Sequence record: LC727695.1
Reading direction: 5' to 3' (one strand)
DNA: 64,000 nucleotides
Within the stretch, counting starts at the first letter, position 1. The number at the start of each line of letters is the position of its first letter. Below the pieces are notes generated by a model. That model had not been told where the DNA came from and did no database searches. It saw only the letters and a list, made by a program, of their open reading frames with translations. The position numbers and the translations under genes are program-made. Positions 43,612 to 53,897 of the stretch are shown piece after piece.

Positions 43612-44206
43612 TCTCAGGTGTATCTACTTGCACACCTCCAGATTTAGATGAAGATGCATTCGGTAACTCATATAACGGAGTACCATCAGTATTTTTTAAT
43701 ACCCGACCATATGCTGCTAAGATTTGGATTAACACTTGTAGAAGTTGTTTTTCTAATGGTTCATTATAAATACACCGCTCTAGGAATTGAGCCGCTTCTT
43801 TAGCAAACCCACCACGTGGATTGCGATTATGTTCTTTATTATAATAATCCATTACATTAGAAATACTAGCAACATTCTCACCAGATGAGATTGCAACACT
43901 TGGACGAGGATAAAGTGCTGGAACTGTAAAAAGTACAACTGCTTCTTTGGTATTAACACTTGCTACACGTAATGGATTTGATAGCTCATGAACATATTTA
44001 CGATATTCATCTAATGCACCTGGTGCCCATGGACATTCAAGTAACGGTAATATATTCTTTACAAAAACGTCCTCATGGACAATAGGTATCTCTTTCTGAT
44101 GAATGCTAACCATGGCTTGCATTGCATCCATGATCATGTTATCGCTATCTGTAACTCTAGTGTTCGGTTCCGGAGTTGCCATCTTCTTTACCCATAACTT
44201 GTTCAA
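43574..44206 (-). CDS. Conserved hypothetical protein
   Basis: ORF in operon; likely start MATPEP at 44182. Confidence 0.65.
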   Translation of the reverse strand: MNKLWVKKMATPEPNTRVTDSDNMIMDAMQAMVSIHQKEIPIVHEDVFVKNILPLLECPWAPGALDEYRKYVHELSNPLRVASVNTKEAVVLFTVPALYPRPSVAISSGENVASISNVMDYYNKEHNRNPRGGFAKEAAQFLERCIYNEPLEKQLLQVLIQILAAYGRVLKNTDGTPLYELPNASSSKSGGVQVDTPENDECVYGDEYED

Positions 44207-44714
44207 TCTGTTGTTTAGTCAGAGTAGTGATGATATTAAAACGAGCTTCTTCTTTGTTTTCCATTAGTTGAGGATTACTATTTAGGTAATCAATCAACGC
44301 ATCGCAGTTTTCAGTAGTGAACTTATTAGGTGTTCCAACAGTAGCAAACATATAACCTTTATCACCGCCTTTACGAACAATGACCGAGTCCATATGTTCT
44401 TTCTGATTAACTCCATCTACTTCAACTAGTGAGAATACTGGTTTAGTATCACCATTGATAGCTCGCATTGCGTCATCAACTTCACGCCGAATACTTTCAC
44501 CCATATTGCAAAGAATATCTGCAAGAACTCGACTAACGCGAATATTAAATGTTGCAGTTTCTTCAGCTTTAACTTTTACCAATTGTTGGAAAGACTCATC
44601 TATAACTTTAGCATGTTTCGTTAGATTCCTAACTGTTACTTCTAGCATATGAATTCGTTTTAATAGCATGGAGTTCATAGCTTCGCTTTCATTTTGTTCA
44701 ACTTCACTAGTCAT
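44157..44714 (-). CDS. Hypothetical coiled-coil protein
   Basis: 185 aa, translationally coupled. Confidence 0.65.
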   Translation of the reverse strand: MTSEVEQNESEAMNSMLLKRIHMLEVTVRNLTKHAKVIDESFQQLVKVKAEETATFNIRVSRVLADILCNMGESIRREVDDAMRAINGDTKPVFSLVEVDGVNQKEHMDSVIVRKGGDKGYMFATVGTPNKFTTENCDALIDYLNSNPQLMENKEEARFNIITTLTKQQIEQVMGKEDGNSGTEH

Positions 44715-45158
<444 letters not shown>

Positions 45159-45165
45159 TTAAGAT

Positions 45166-45183
45166 GGGAGCCAAATGGCTCCC
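45166..45183 (-). terminator. Terminator
   Basis: GGGAGCC-AAAT-GGCTCCC with downstream U-tract on minus. Confidence 0.7.
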
Positions 45184-45231
45184 TTTATATTACTTGATAC
45201 ATACAGTTAAATACTTATATTAACTAGTGTA

Positions 45232-45744
45232 CTAATATTTACTTGCAATTAATTCAATGTGGTATACGATAACAGTACCTTCTTTTTTCTTGAGTGTACT
45301 TGTTAAAACGATATCGTGTTCAGTAACACATGTGTGTACACTAATGGGTCTGGTAGCAATCTCGGCACCTGCCCCTGAAAAATGAGTTGTAGCTACATAT
45401 AACTGGGTATCATCAATTAATCCATTTGGATCCCTACCAACATGTACAAATGGTGGCCTGCTAGCCACCTTAGGATATTCGTCTTTAATAACAAGATGAC
45501 CATCTTCAGATGGGTAAGCATAGTCATATCCAGTCACATAGATACGTAGAGTGCCATTCTTAAATGCTTCTTTAAGATAAGAATATTCTTCAAGATTAAA
45601 ACGAGTTGAATCAACTACAGCAGTAGTTAATTTAAGAATAGGGTGTAGTGGCATTGATGAGTCATTACGCTTAATTAATAGCATCTGTATTTTCCTTAAC
45701 GTAAAAAGCAATATGTGGATGGTTCCACAATGGACTCTCATCAC
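45232..45744 (-). CDS. Hypothetical protein
   Basis: ORF; likely start MLLIKRN at 45684 overlapping the upstream stop region. Confidence 0.55.
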   Translation of the reverse strand: MMRVHCGTIHILLFTLRKIQMLLIKRNDSSMPLHPILKLTTAVVDSTRFNLEEYSYLKEAFKNGTLRIYVTGYDYAYPSEDGHLVIKDEYPKVASRPPFVHVGRDPNGLIDDTQLYVATTHFSGAGAEIATRPISVHTCVTEHDIVLTSTLKKKEGTVIVYHIELIASKY

Positions 45745-46006
45745 AAAAACTATAACTATGTATTTCCTCGCCAGTATCTAATTTAATAGAGACCACTTCA
45801 CCTTCAATAACTGTGAAAATAAATTTAGTATCAGGTGAAACATAATCACCAGTTACATAGACATTATCAGGAAGATACAATAGTCGTGTTTGATTATCGT
45901 GTTTAAGTTCTATTCCATCTGTACTATTAAAGTACATATATCCCGTACCATCTGGACTTTTTTGAAACATCTTTAGTTTATTTGGTACAAGTAGATCAAT
46001 TGACAT
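45671..46006 (-). CDS. Hypothetical protein
   Basis: 111 aa, AGGAG RBS. Confidence 0.65.
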   Translation of the reverse strand: MSIDLLVPNKLKMFQKSPDGTGYMYFNSTDGIELKHDNQTRLLYLPDNVYVTGDYVSPDTKFIFTVIEGEVVSIKLDTGEEIHSYSFCDESPLWNHPHIAFYVKENTDAIN

Positions 46007-46057
46007 AGATATCTCCTAAATGATAGAAGAGAGTCCCATGTAGGGACTCCCATTTAT

Positions 46058-46669
46058 TTAACCTAGAAGATTACCTACGACTGAAGTTGGATCTTCTTCA
46101 CCTGCGTCTAGATGCCCATCAATAGCATTCCACATACGGATGATGTCAACTTTTTCATGCAGTCTAAGTTTACGATCACTCTTGATATCTTCGTGATAGT
46201 TTTTATAACCGAATTCTTTCTTATCGGTATACATAACTCCATCCATCACGCGACGATAATCAAACTGTCGTTCACCCACCGCATCACCTTGGATGTTATT
46301 ATAAGAACCACCATATCCATCAACTTCATTATTAAGATACATAGTTCTTAGACGCTCATGCGCCATAACCCAACGTTGCATAATCGGACCAGCTGTTTGT
46401 AGTTCAGCTAATGTCTCAAGATACACAATGTTGTTAGACTGCCATAAATTATCTTTCTTTGTGGTTAGATTCCGCAGTGCTTGAACAGCAGCTGATTCAC
46501 TAATCATACTGTACATATTTTGTGCAGTATTGAAAAAGCTAGCAGCAGCAGTTGACATAGTTGAACGCAATGCCTGGCTACGCTCACCCAACCATTGAGT
46601 TGTTTGCTGTGTAAGATGGCCACCTGCACAGATGTCCAATAGGTCTACACCATGTGCATCTACAATCAT
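46058..46669 (-). CDS. Conserved core hypothetical protein (gp59-like)
   Basis: 203 aa, GAGG RBS, C-terminal EDPTS motif. Confidence 0.7.
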   Translation of the reverse strand: MIVDAHGVDLLDICAGGHLTQQTTQWLGERSQALRSTMSTAAASFFNTAQNMYSMISESAAVQALRNLTTKKDNLWQSNNIVYLETLAELQTAGPIMQRWVMAHERLRTMYLNNEVDGYGGSYNNIQGDAVGERQFDYRRVMDGVMYTDKKEFGYKNYHEDIKSDRKLRLHEKVDIIRMWNAIDGHLDAGEEDPTSVVGNLLG

Positions 46670-46738
46670 TATTCACCTCAGATACTGTACTCATATACCC
46701 AGCATAGATTAAATGGATGTTGCATAATAGATTACCCC

Positions 46739-46921
46739 TTAAAGCTTAGAGATCATTTCGACATATGCATCGACAAACCTACTGTTTACCACTACATCAC
46801 CATTCCCACGAGTAATATATCTCCCAGTTATCATGGCTACCGATCTGGCTTCACGTTCATCTCGTTCAGCTTGTGATAAACGTTCCGGGTTACGTCGAAT
46901 AATTTCACGAATATTAGACAT
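46739..46921 (-). CDS. 60-aa early protein inside the repeat-flanked cassette
   Basis: AAGGGG RBS, MSNIREIIRRNPERL... Confidence 0.65.
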   Translation of the reverse strand: MSNIREIIRRNPERLSQAERDEREARSVAMITGRYITRGNGDVVVNSRFVDAYVEMISKL

Positions 46922-46952
46922 TGGATATTCCCCTTATCACTATTGCACCTTA

Positions 46953-46976
46953 GTGATATAAATCTGAAATTGAATT
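46953..46976 (-). promoter_or_regulatory. Early promoter motif inside cassette
   Basis: Minus strand AATTCAATTTCAGATTTATATCAC. Confidence 0.6.
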
Positions 46977-47043
46977 CAGTGTAACTTCACGGCACAGCTG
47001 TTCAAGAGATCCACACCATGGGCGTCTATAATCATTATACACT

Positions 47044-47469
47044 TCAGTTATTGGCTGTATATGACCAACATAGATTAAACGGATGTTGCATAGGTAAGTT
47101 AAATGTATCTAGTTCCTGACCGATCCAATTGACAGCTTTTGTAACACCTTCAACAGTTACAGTTAATTCAACATGGATATCATGTTCAGGTGCAGTCACC
47201 ACAATAGTGATTGGATCATCATGTTTAATACGGAATCCAAACTTAGGGTGATGGAATCCCGCATACTCACCTTTAGTATTTTCTAGAATACATTCAAATA
47301 GATTAGTTTCTTTATTAAGTTTAAATGTAACTAGTTTATCTGAATCTTTAAGTAAACCATTATCCCCAAATACATTGAATCGATAATGCTTATGGCAGAT
47401 ACCAAGTGTTTTTGGTACATCATGGGAATTATCGATTTGCTTAGTACATTCGTTGCATTTACTATTCAT
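47044..47469 (-). CDS. Hypothetical protein with possible N-terminal zinc site
   Basis: 141 aa, CNEC...CHKH. Confidence 0.6.
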   Translation of the reverse strand: MNSKCNECTKQIDNSHDVPKTLGICHKHYRFNVFGDNGLLKDSDKLVTFKLNKETNLFECILENTKGEYAGFHHPKFGFRIKHDDPITIVVTAPEHDIHVELTVTVEGVTKAVNWIGQELDTFNLPMQHPFNLCWSYTANN

Positions 47470-47481
47470 CTTTATTTACCT

Positions 47482-47865
47482 TTAATAGATTTGTTTATCA
47501 AAAGAACAATTGATTGGAATAGTGATAACTTCATTAGTAATTACATGTTTACCTGTCTTTTTAAAGAATTGTGCAAATTTTGAAGTAGCTGGAATTACAA
47601 GGGTATCATCCCGATCATTATTTGACATATTGTAAAAAGTAAACTTACCGTCTAGGTTAAACCTAATGCACCACTTAATATTTCGTATTTTGAAATCTAT
47701 ACCAAATCTTAAATGACCATCAATCAATTCAGAACCACCGTATTCATAAGCTCCGGTGAAATTCCAATTAATTTCTGATAATTGGAAAGTTACAGGATGT
47801 TCACCATGCTCATCTCGTATATAGTAACCATCATACTTTTTCCAATAAATAACTAGATCGCGCAT
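47482..47865 (-). CDS. Hypothetical protein
   Basis: 127 aa, GAGG RBS. Confidence 0.6.
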   Translation of the reverse strand: MRDLVIYWKKYDGYYIRDEHGEHPVTFQLSEINWNFTGAYEYGGSELIDGHLRFGIDFKIRNIKWCIRFNLDGKFTFYNMSNNDRDDTLVIPATSKFAQFFKKTGKHVITNEVITIPINCSFDKQIY

Positions 47866-47885
47866 ATTACTAACCTCAAAGAAAT

Positions 47886-47910
47886 AATAGGGGAGTTAGA
47901 CTCCCCTATT
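47886..47910 (-). terminator. Terminator after nvRNAP beta-prime exon 2
   Basis: AATAGGGGAG-TTAGA-CTCCCCTATT. Confidence 0.7.
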
Positions 47911-47913
47911 AAT

Positions 47914-48117
47914 TTATTTTGCTTTTAACCACTCTTCTAGTGGTGGTAAATATTTCTCATGCGCCCAATTAATGATTGTTTCTACAACAGGACCTTGTAG
48001 CTCAAGGTTTCCTGAGATTTCATGCGGTTCATCAATAGATAGAACCCACGTATGTGGCGCGATGCGTTCAGTTGCTTTGGTTAAATACACATCGGGCATT
48101 AATGTTAAATTAAGTTG
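47914..48117 (-). CDS. nvRNAP beta-prime N-terminal subunit, exon 2 (gp56.1-like)
   Basis: Splicing gives NADFDGD-QLNLTLMP, matching the NADFDGDQM catalytic loop; 67 aa. Confidence 0.9.
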   Translation of the reverse strand, partial: QLNLTLMPDVYLTKATERIAPHTWVLSIDEPHEISGNLELQGPVVETIINWAHEKYLPPLEEWLKAK

Positions 48118-49641
48118 CACTATCTTCATACAGCATCGTCAGCGACATGTCTAAAAATCATCTGGGTCATTTTCATATTTAAAAATGAACCCATTAATTG
48201 GTCGACGGTCTTTCTTTTTGAGTTTGCTAGTTACTACTTTCTTTGATAATCCAAGATCGAGATATGCCTGCTTGGCTGATTTGTATTTCAAAATCTCGCC
48301 AGTTTCCACATTTTTCACAAGTGTGGTCTTATTTTTAGCCTGACTATACTCAATGGATTCATCCCAGGTTGGCCATTCTGAACCAACCCGACGTACAATG
48401 TACCTATCCATAATGACTGGATAAATTGCATGTCCGCTAACTTTCAAAGAAATCGTACCTACACTAACCCCTATCGCCTCACTTGCTTTCTTTTGCGAGT
48501 CATATTTCCTGATTTCACCCGTAACGATATCCTTTATCTCAATACCGTCGTGCTCAAGAACAATTCCGTCCGTGTTAATTCCGCGATTTTTCAACATTCT
48601 CATGATCGCGGTATTCTTTGCTGATCCAATATAACCGGTTTTGATTGCATTTCCATGCAACACATTTTCACTCTGGGTTACCCATTCTAGGTTATCGGGT
48701 ACTGTATTGTCACGATCACCATCTATGTGGTTGACCACTTTCTCATTGATGGTGTTATCGTATTCAATAAATGTCAGTGCAGCTACACGGTGTAAATTCG
48801 TTCCTACATAGGTGCCATCATCTCGACGCAATCCAAGATCTCTGTATCCAGTTGTCGCCAAACTTGTTAATTTAGCTGAACCTTCAAAAAGACTTATGAC
48901 CTTGAGTTCATCATTGATTGCATAGCAGGTAAAACTAGGGATGAAATAATATCCTGGGAAGGTGGGAACCTCCAATCCTTCTTCCGGGAATTTCCAAATC
49001 AAGTTTCTAGGATGAATATTGTCTTCATCTCCATCAGAAAACAATATTTCGCAGCGACTAACAAACTCTAATGGCGCATGCCAGCCTTTAAAACACACTG
49101 CTATCAACTTAGTAACATGAATGGGTAGTCTATGCCATGGTAATTCAAGAACGTAATGTCGGTTTATTGGATCTATCAATTTATCCAAAAATCGATCATA
49201 GACTAACCCATCCAGAGTCAGTCTATAACGCCCGAATGTACCGGGAATCACAATTTCTCTCGATTTGGGTATACGACTGTAAATAAACACATATCCTCCA
49301 TTGGAAGACATGTCGCTGCTGTACCGTCCACTTAATATCTCCCGACATTAAGTAACTGCTCTAGCTTTCACTAGATGGTGAGACTATATCTTCTTCCCAG
49401 AGGGAAGCCTTCTATTTCGGACCACTTGGCCCTACTCTACTCCCTTGGCTGCTTTCGCAGTGGTTTCGATAGTCGTTGAACGTTCTTCCTATCTCGCCTC
49501 ACGGCAATACGTAGAAGCTTCGCTGCTGATTGTCCAATCCTAACACTTTTCAAACCGTTACATTTTAGCTTTCGCTATCTGCTTTGGTAGTTAGGCTCTA
49601 AGGAGGTTCCAGCAATTAAGAAGGTTAGGAGACCAATTAAA
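48118..49641 (-). mobile_element. Group I intron (1524 nt) carrying an HNH homing endonuclease
   Basis: P1 GGAGAU pairs with GUCUCC with U-G at the splice site; core AAUCAGCAG, GUUCAACGACUA, AAGAUAUAGUC; terminal G at 48118. Confidence 0.93.
48151..49311 (-). CDS. Intron-encoded HNH homing endonuclease (gp56-like)
   Basis: LHRVAALTF...VNHIDGDRDN...NLEWVTQSEN HNH motif; two C-terminal NUMOD1-like repeats. Confidence 0.9.
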   Translation of the reverse strand: MSSNGGYVFIYSRIPKSREIVIPGTFGRYRLTLDGLVYDRFLDKLIDPINRHYVLELPWHRLPIHVTKLIAVCFKGWHAPLEFVSRCEILFSDGDEDNIHPRNLIWKFPEEGLEVPTFPGYYFIPSFTCYAINDELKVISLFEGSAKLTSLATTGYRDLGLRRDDGTYVGTNLHRVAALTFIEYDNTINEKVVNHIDGDRDNTVPDNLEWVTQSENVLHGNAIKTGYIGSAKNTAIMRMLKNRGINTDGIVLEHDGIEIKDIVTGEIRKYDSQKKASEAIGVSVGTISLKVSGHAIYPVIMDRYIVRRVGSEWPTWDESIEYSQAKNKTTLVKNVETGEILKYKSAKQAYLDLGLSKKVVTSKLKKKDRRPINGFIFKYENDPDDF

Positions 49642-50904
49642 ATCTCCGTCGAAATCTGCGTTTGGAGCCTTAAGGCATAAAACTGACATGCTGATAGAAT
49701 TATCATTAATGTCATCTTTTACTTTAGTAATAAAGAACTGCTGCGTAGATCCACGTTGAAGCGTTGGATTTCGGTGAAAAGTACAACCCATCCCTTTATA
49801 AGGGGCTGCTTCTGCAATTAGCTCTTTAAATAGATCTGCAATGATTTGGTTATATTGAAGTACATTCTCATATACAAATGAGAATGCTTCACGAGTTGTC
49901 ATGTTAAACTTTGCTTTTAGTTTATTGGTTAGATGATACTTTAATAATTGACAACCTACCCCCCAAGGGATATGTAGTTCATCATAATCATGCGGGTCAC
50001 TAATAGAAGTGATTACTGCACGTGCCGTAGCGTTGAGACGAGCACCAAACATGTGACGCCGAGCAAGACCAGGCTTTTGAGCAATTCGTGATTTTGCGTA
50101 GATCTCGTAGAACTGGCCATATAGTCTTAGTCCTCGCATAGTCCTATTCTGAGCTTTAATTGGACTAAGTGGTACAGATGATGCATCAATACTAGCGAAG
50201 GTTAAGGTAGCATCAATTGCTGCTTCAATTGGTTTATCTAAGTAAGTACCAGATGTGGTTGATTCTGCTACGAAACAGAGTTTAGAAGGAACTGGTAAAT
50301 ATTTAGGGAATAACTTATCTTTATTCTGAGCAACGAATTGAGCGAATTCGGATTTATTATTAGAGATAATATTTGCATCTAGTAGGAATTGGAAGATCTC
50401 ATTGAAATTATCAATGAAGTGATTTAATCCTCTTTCAAATCCTCGATGCAGTAGCCTATCTACTTTCCTGCGTGTTTCCTTAGAACCAATAGATTCTACA
50501 TCGTATCGATAAGAAGTATCAGTTAGATATGCTAAGAAATCGAATTCTTTAGTTACTAGATATCCGGTTAGCATAATGATTAAACGTGGGTTAATTAGGC
50601 TACGTACATGTTTTGGTGTACGAACCCACATTGATGGTTCGATAGGGCGGCTAGAAGTATTGACAACTGGAGTATTACAAATATCACAGATTACTCCGAG
50701 TTTATGTGCGTCTTCGATTGCTCGACAATCACAGCTTACACTACTTTCAATTGCTTCTGAATCTTGGAAATGAGAATAGAAATGTCTATCAAATTCTTCT
50801 TTCTCATCTGAGTTACTCGTATTGTAATCATTGGCATAAATTCGTTTACCCGTAAATTGATCATGTACTTCATCATGATCAACAACTTTGGCATAAAGAC
50901 CCAT
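49642..50904 (-). CDS. nvRNAP beta-prime N-terminal (catalytic) subunit, exon 1 (gp55-like); spliced product 488 aa
   Basis: CDC...CDIC zinc ribbon, RRHMFGARL, HRNPTL, PNADFDGD. Confidence 0.93.
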
Positions 50905-50940
50905 ACCAAACTCCTATTTATCGATTAACAAAAAAAGGAG

Positions 50941-50971
50941 ATATAAGCGGCCCCCGAAGGAGCCGCTATAT
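50941..50971 (-). terminator. Terminator between chmA and nvRNAP beta-prime gene
   Basis: AGCGGCTCC-TTCG-GGGGCCGCT on minus, followed by U-rich tract. Confidence 0.8.
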
Positions 50972-51298
50972 CAGTTTTTACAATGGACCACCAACGGAGC
51001 CTGGCCCGATCCTAGCGTCGTCTACAAAGCTTAACCTCCGCTCTTCTCTGTAGCGCTCTGACACTAGAACCTTTTACCATCCATTGTAGTTTTTTGATCA
51101 CACGTCACCTTTTGAGTAACTCCTTTCGGTTAAGTGATCTATCATCCTCGTGTAGTGATAGGTCGACCTAGACTAAGTCCACTAGTCGATTACTTCACGG
51201 AACCTACTCCTAACCGTTATCACTGAAGTGAACCGGGTCGCAGTATTAGAATCGGGATGTTACTTATTTAACATCCCTATCTACCGAGGTATTTCCTA
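50972..51298 (-). ncRNA. Candidate structured RNA in the chmA 3' region
   Basis: No ORF of 60 codons or more; several nested helices with G-U pairs and a GAAA tetraloop; ends at a terminator hairpin. Confidence 0.55.
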
Positions 51299-53179
51299 TT
51301 AGTACCAGGTACCCGGTGCGTTATAGGAAGGAGCGCCGTAAGTTTGACCCATGCTGCCAGCCATACCAACTTGTGCACTACCAGAAACAGCCATGTTACC
51401 CATACCGGTGTAACCAGCGAAGCGCTGTTGACCGAAGTTGGTAATTAGGTTTTCCATGGTTACAGTTACACCAGCTGCTGCTGCTGCGGCATCCATTGCG
51501 GTGATGAATTTCGGGTTAAAGGTTAGACGACGAGCACGACCAGTATAGGTAACGTTACCTAGGTACATCTTGTCGAAGCCTTTACTGTTATTCATACGAC
51601 GCACAATGTGGTCATTACCTACCTGAGTAGCATACCAGGTCTTCCACTCTTGGTCATTACCTTCAGACATGTTCATGGCACCTAGAACGTCGAGATCACG
51701 ACGGTCGCTTAGTTCACCATGCTCATCAGTGTAGTGACCGAGGTCTACTTCATGATGGTTGTCAAAGATAATCGGACCAGCTTCAGCTAGATTATAGAAC
51801 TGACGGAAATCAGTGCCGTATAGGTTAGTTAGAGCTTGGAAGATCAGACTAACTGCACGAGCTTGGTTTACGCCACCAGCTGCATCTAGGACGACTTGCT
51901 CAATAGCTGAGTTGTCGCCCATTGGATCGATATCGATCTGGAATGCAGGGTTCTGGTTAACCATCTTGTTCATTAGCATTACGAAGTTGCTGTCGTCTGC
52001 CATGAATGCTTCGGTGCGAGTTTCAATCGCTTTACCTAGCTCTGAGTAATAACCAAGTGCACCAATATCACGCATCTTGCTAGTAGCGATCTTCGGCATT
52101 AGGGTACGAGCCCATGCCTGGGATGCAGTTGCACGATACGCATTACCGAGTGCGAACAGCCACATTTCTAGAGTCCATGCTTGGATCCAGGATGCCTTAC
52201 GAACGTCAGTGATAACGATGTAAGGAGTGAACTGCGGAGGTAGAGCTGCACCAGGTAGAGTTACGCCAAACATACCTTGTTGCTGGCCAGTGGTCGGAGT
52301 CCAATGTAGATCTACGAATAGACTAACTTGGTTTAGCTGGCTATCGGTATCATAGAACTCGTTCTCAGGTACGTTGGTTTTCTTACCACGGCTAGTGGAG
52401 ATGACCATGTCAGAACGGATCGGATTACCACAGCTATCTTTAACCGGAATACCATTGTAGTCTAGGTTGCAGGTAAGCTGTTCGTTTTCTGCTTTGATGT
52501 GGGTCGCAATAGAGAACGGAGTCTCATTGTTACGACGTGCAATAGCATCTTCACAGATGTTAACAGATTCAACTAGTAGGTTCTTAACAGCTAGTTCATC
52601 TTTGAAGTCGAAGTCAGCATACACTGCACGTGGACCGGCAGATAGTACTTCTAGACCAGGGATGTTGTAACGGTTCCGTAGGAACTCGCCGATCTTGCTC
52701 CAGTATTGAGCAGTGAATACATCACGCGGTAGTACCTTCTCTTCAATGATGTCATCAGTTAGACCATTGTTGATTTTGTGGGTACGGGGACGGATGCGAG
52801 TACCAGGTAGGTTATCGAGTACTAGAGTACGAACGAATGCCTTCATGGAACCATTGATATCTTTAGCTAGTTTAACAATGAGTAGACCAGCCATACCAAC
52901 TTGTTGCGCATCACGATCGAAACGATGGATATCGAAGTCATCAGGTAGGTCCTGATGGCGGATTGCTTCTTCTTTTACTTTAGTGAATACTTGTAGGGCA
53001 TCTGCTGAACGAGCATCAGAGCCATCTAGTCGACCAGAGCGACGCATTAGATGGTTAATGCCAGTAGTAGACCCAGGCGCGCCAGTAGGACGTTGAGCTT
53101 GACGCTGTGCAGTGGGTTGCGGAGCAGGAGCAGTAGCTTGAGTTTGAACGGTGCCGATTTCATTTTCGTTAACAGCCAT
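51299..53179 (-). CDS. chmA: Chimallin, major phage-nucleus shell protein (gp54-like, PhuN)
   Basis: 626 aa, disordered N-terminus, [23 protein letters not shown] and FGQQRF motifs; directly upstream of the nvRNAP gp55-like gene; strong codon bias. Confidence 0.92.
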   Translation of the reverse strand: MAVNENEIGTVQTQATAPAPQPTAQRQAQRPTGAPGSTTGINHLMRRSGRLDGSDARSADALQVFTKVKEEAIRHQDLPDDFDIHRFDRDAQQVGMAGLLIVKLAKDINGSMKAFVRTLVLDNLPGTRIRPRTHKINNGLTDDIIEEKVLPRDVFTAQYWSKIGEFLRNRYNIPGLEVLSAGPRAVYADFDFKDELAVKNLLVESVNICEDAIARRNNETPFSIATHIKAENEQLTCNLDYNGIPVKDSCGNPIRSDMVISTSRGKKTNVPENEFYDTDSQLNQVSLFVDLHWTPTTGQQQGMFGVTLPGAALPPQFTPYIVITDVRKASWIQAWTLEMWLFALGNAYRATASQAWARTLMPKIATSKMRDIGALGYYSELGKAIETRTEAFMADDSNFVMLMNKMVNQNPAFQIDIDPMGDNSAIEQVVLDAAGGVNQARAVSLIFQALTNLYGTDFRQFYNLAEAGPIIFDNHHEVDLGHYTDEHGELSDRRDLDVLGAMNMSEGNDQEWKTWYATQVGNDHIVRRMNNSKGFDKMYLGNVTYTGRARRLTFNPKFITAMDAAAAAAGVTVTMENLITNFGQQRFAGYTGMGNMAVSGSAQVGMAGSMGQTYGAPSYNAPGTWY

Positions 53180-53251
53180 TTTAAATACCTTTACGATTAT
53201 GGTTTCTTGATCAAGAAGAACCTAAGTACTTAGTATACTAGATTCAATTTA

Positions 53252-53275
53252 GTAATATAAATCTCAAATTTTTTT
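53252..53275 (-). promoter_or_regulatory. Early promoter for chmA
   Basis: Minus strand AAAAAAATTTGAGATTTATATTAC. Confidence 0.75.
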
Positions 53276-53490
53276 CATTACAACATAGACGCTATAATCT
53301 GCTATCAGCAGATCGTAACGAACACTATGTTCACTACATATTATTACAATCTGAGTATTATTTATTTTTCATTTTACAATTTCCATATCTTCTTTTTTGA
53401 GTTTATGGGTATAAAGTTTGAATCCAGAAACTAATTTACGTCAGTCCTGTATTAAATAATAACTATCAGTATTTTTATAAAATGCAGTTA

Positions 53491-53856
53491 TCATTTACTT
53501 TGCATATATTTACGAACTGTTCCAAAAAGAGAATGGTACAGTTTGTATAGTTTACTAACTGGATCAACTTTATTATTATCAGTTGTGTCAAATTTAGCAA
53601 CAAATGGTGAATGTGCTGAAGCAGATGTTTCATTTACTTTAACTACACTACCAAATCGATGCGCGACTAATAGCTTAACTAATTCCTCATGGAGTTTAGT
53701 AGCAGTTGCTAATGGATTGGGGTCATTAGGATCTATCTTAACTCTACGCTCTACATTGAAAAAGTTAACTACAATTTCTTTGCTAGTCATGTATACGGTA
53801 AGATCTTTGTTATTACCTAAATATAGTGGCGGGTCTTCAACATTATTTTTAGCCAT
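53491..53856 (-). CDS. Early hypothetical protein
   Basis: 121 aa, AGGA RBS, own early promoter. Confidence 0.65.
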   Translation of the reverse strand: MAKNNVEDPPLYLGNNKDLTVYMTSKEIVVNFFNVERRVKIDPNDPNPLATATKLHEELVKLLVAHRFGSVVKVNETSASAHSPFVAKFDTTDNNKVDPVSKLYKLYHSLFGTVRKYMQSK

Positions 53857-53897
53857 TGTATATTCCTATTTGTAATTACTACTGTTGTTACCAAACT

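Larger units (their letters stand above)
46621..47092. repeat. Imperfect ~105-bp direct repeat pair (46621-46726 and 46988-47092)
   Basis: Shared blocks ACACCATG, ATCATTAT, CATAGATTAAA, GGATGTTGCATA in the same order. Confidence 0.85.

Noticed and set aside
47914-48129. Separate 71-aa gene MKIVQLNL
   Set aside because: It is exon 2 of the beta-prime subunit; MKIV is intron sequence
49591-49641. C-terminal FNWSPNLL... of the 437-aa ORF
   Set aside because: Read-through into intron P1; not part of the spliced protein
51299-53179. Horizontal acquisition of chmA suggested by higher GC
   Set aside because: Core gene with native promoter motif and conserved synteny; expression bias is a better explanation
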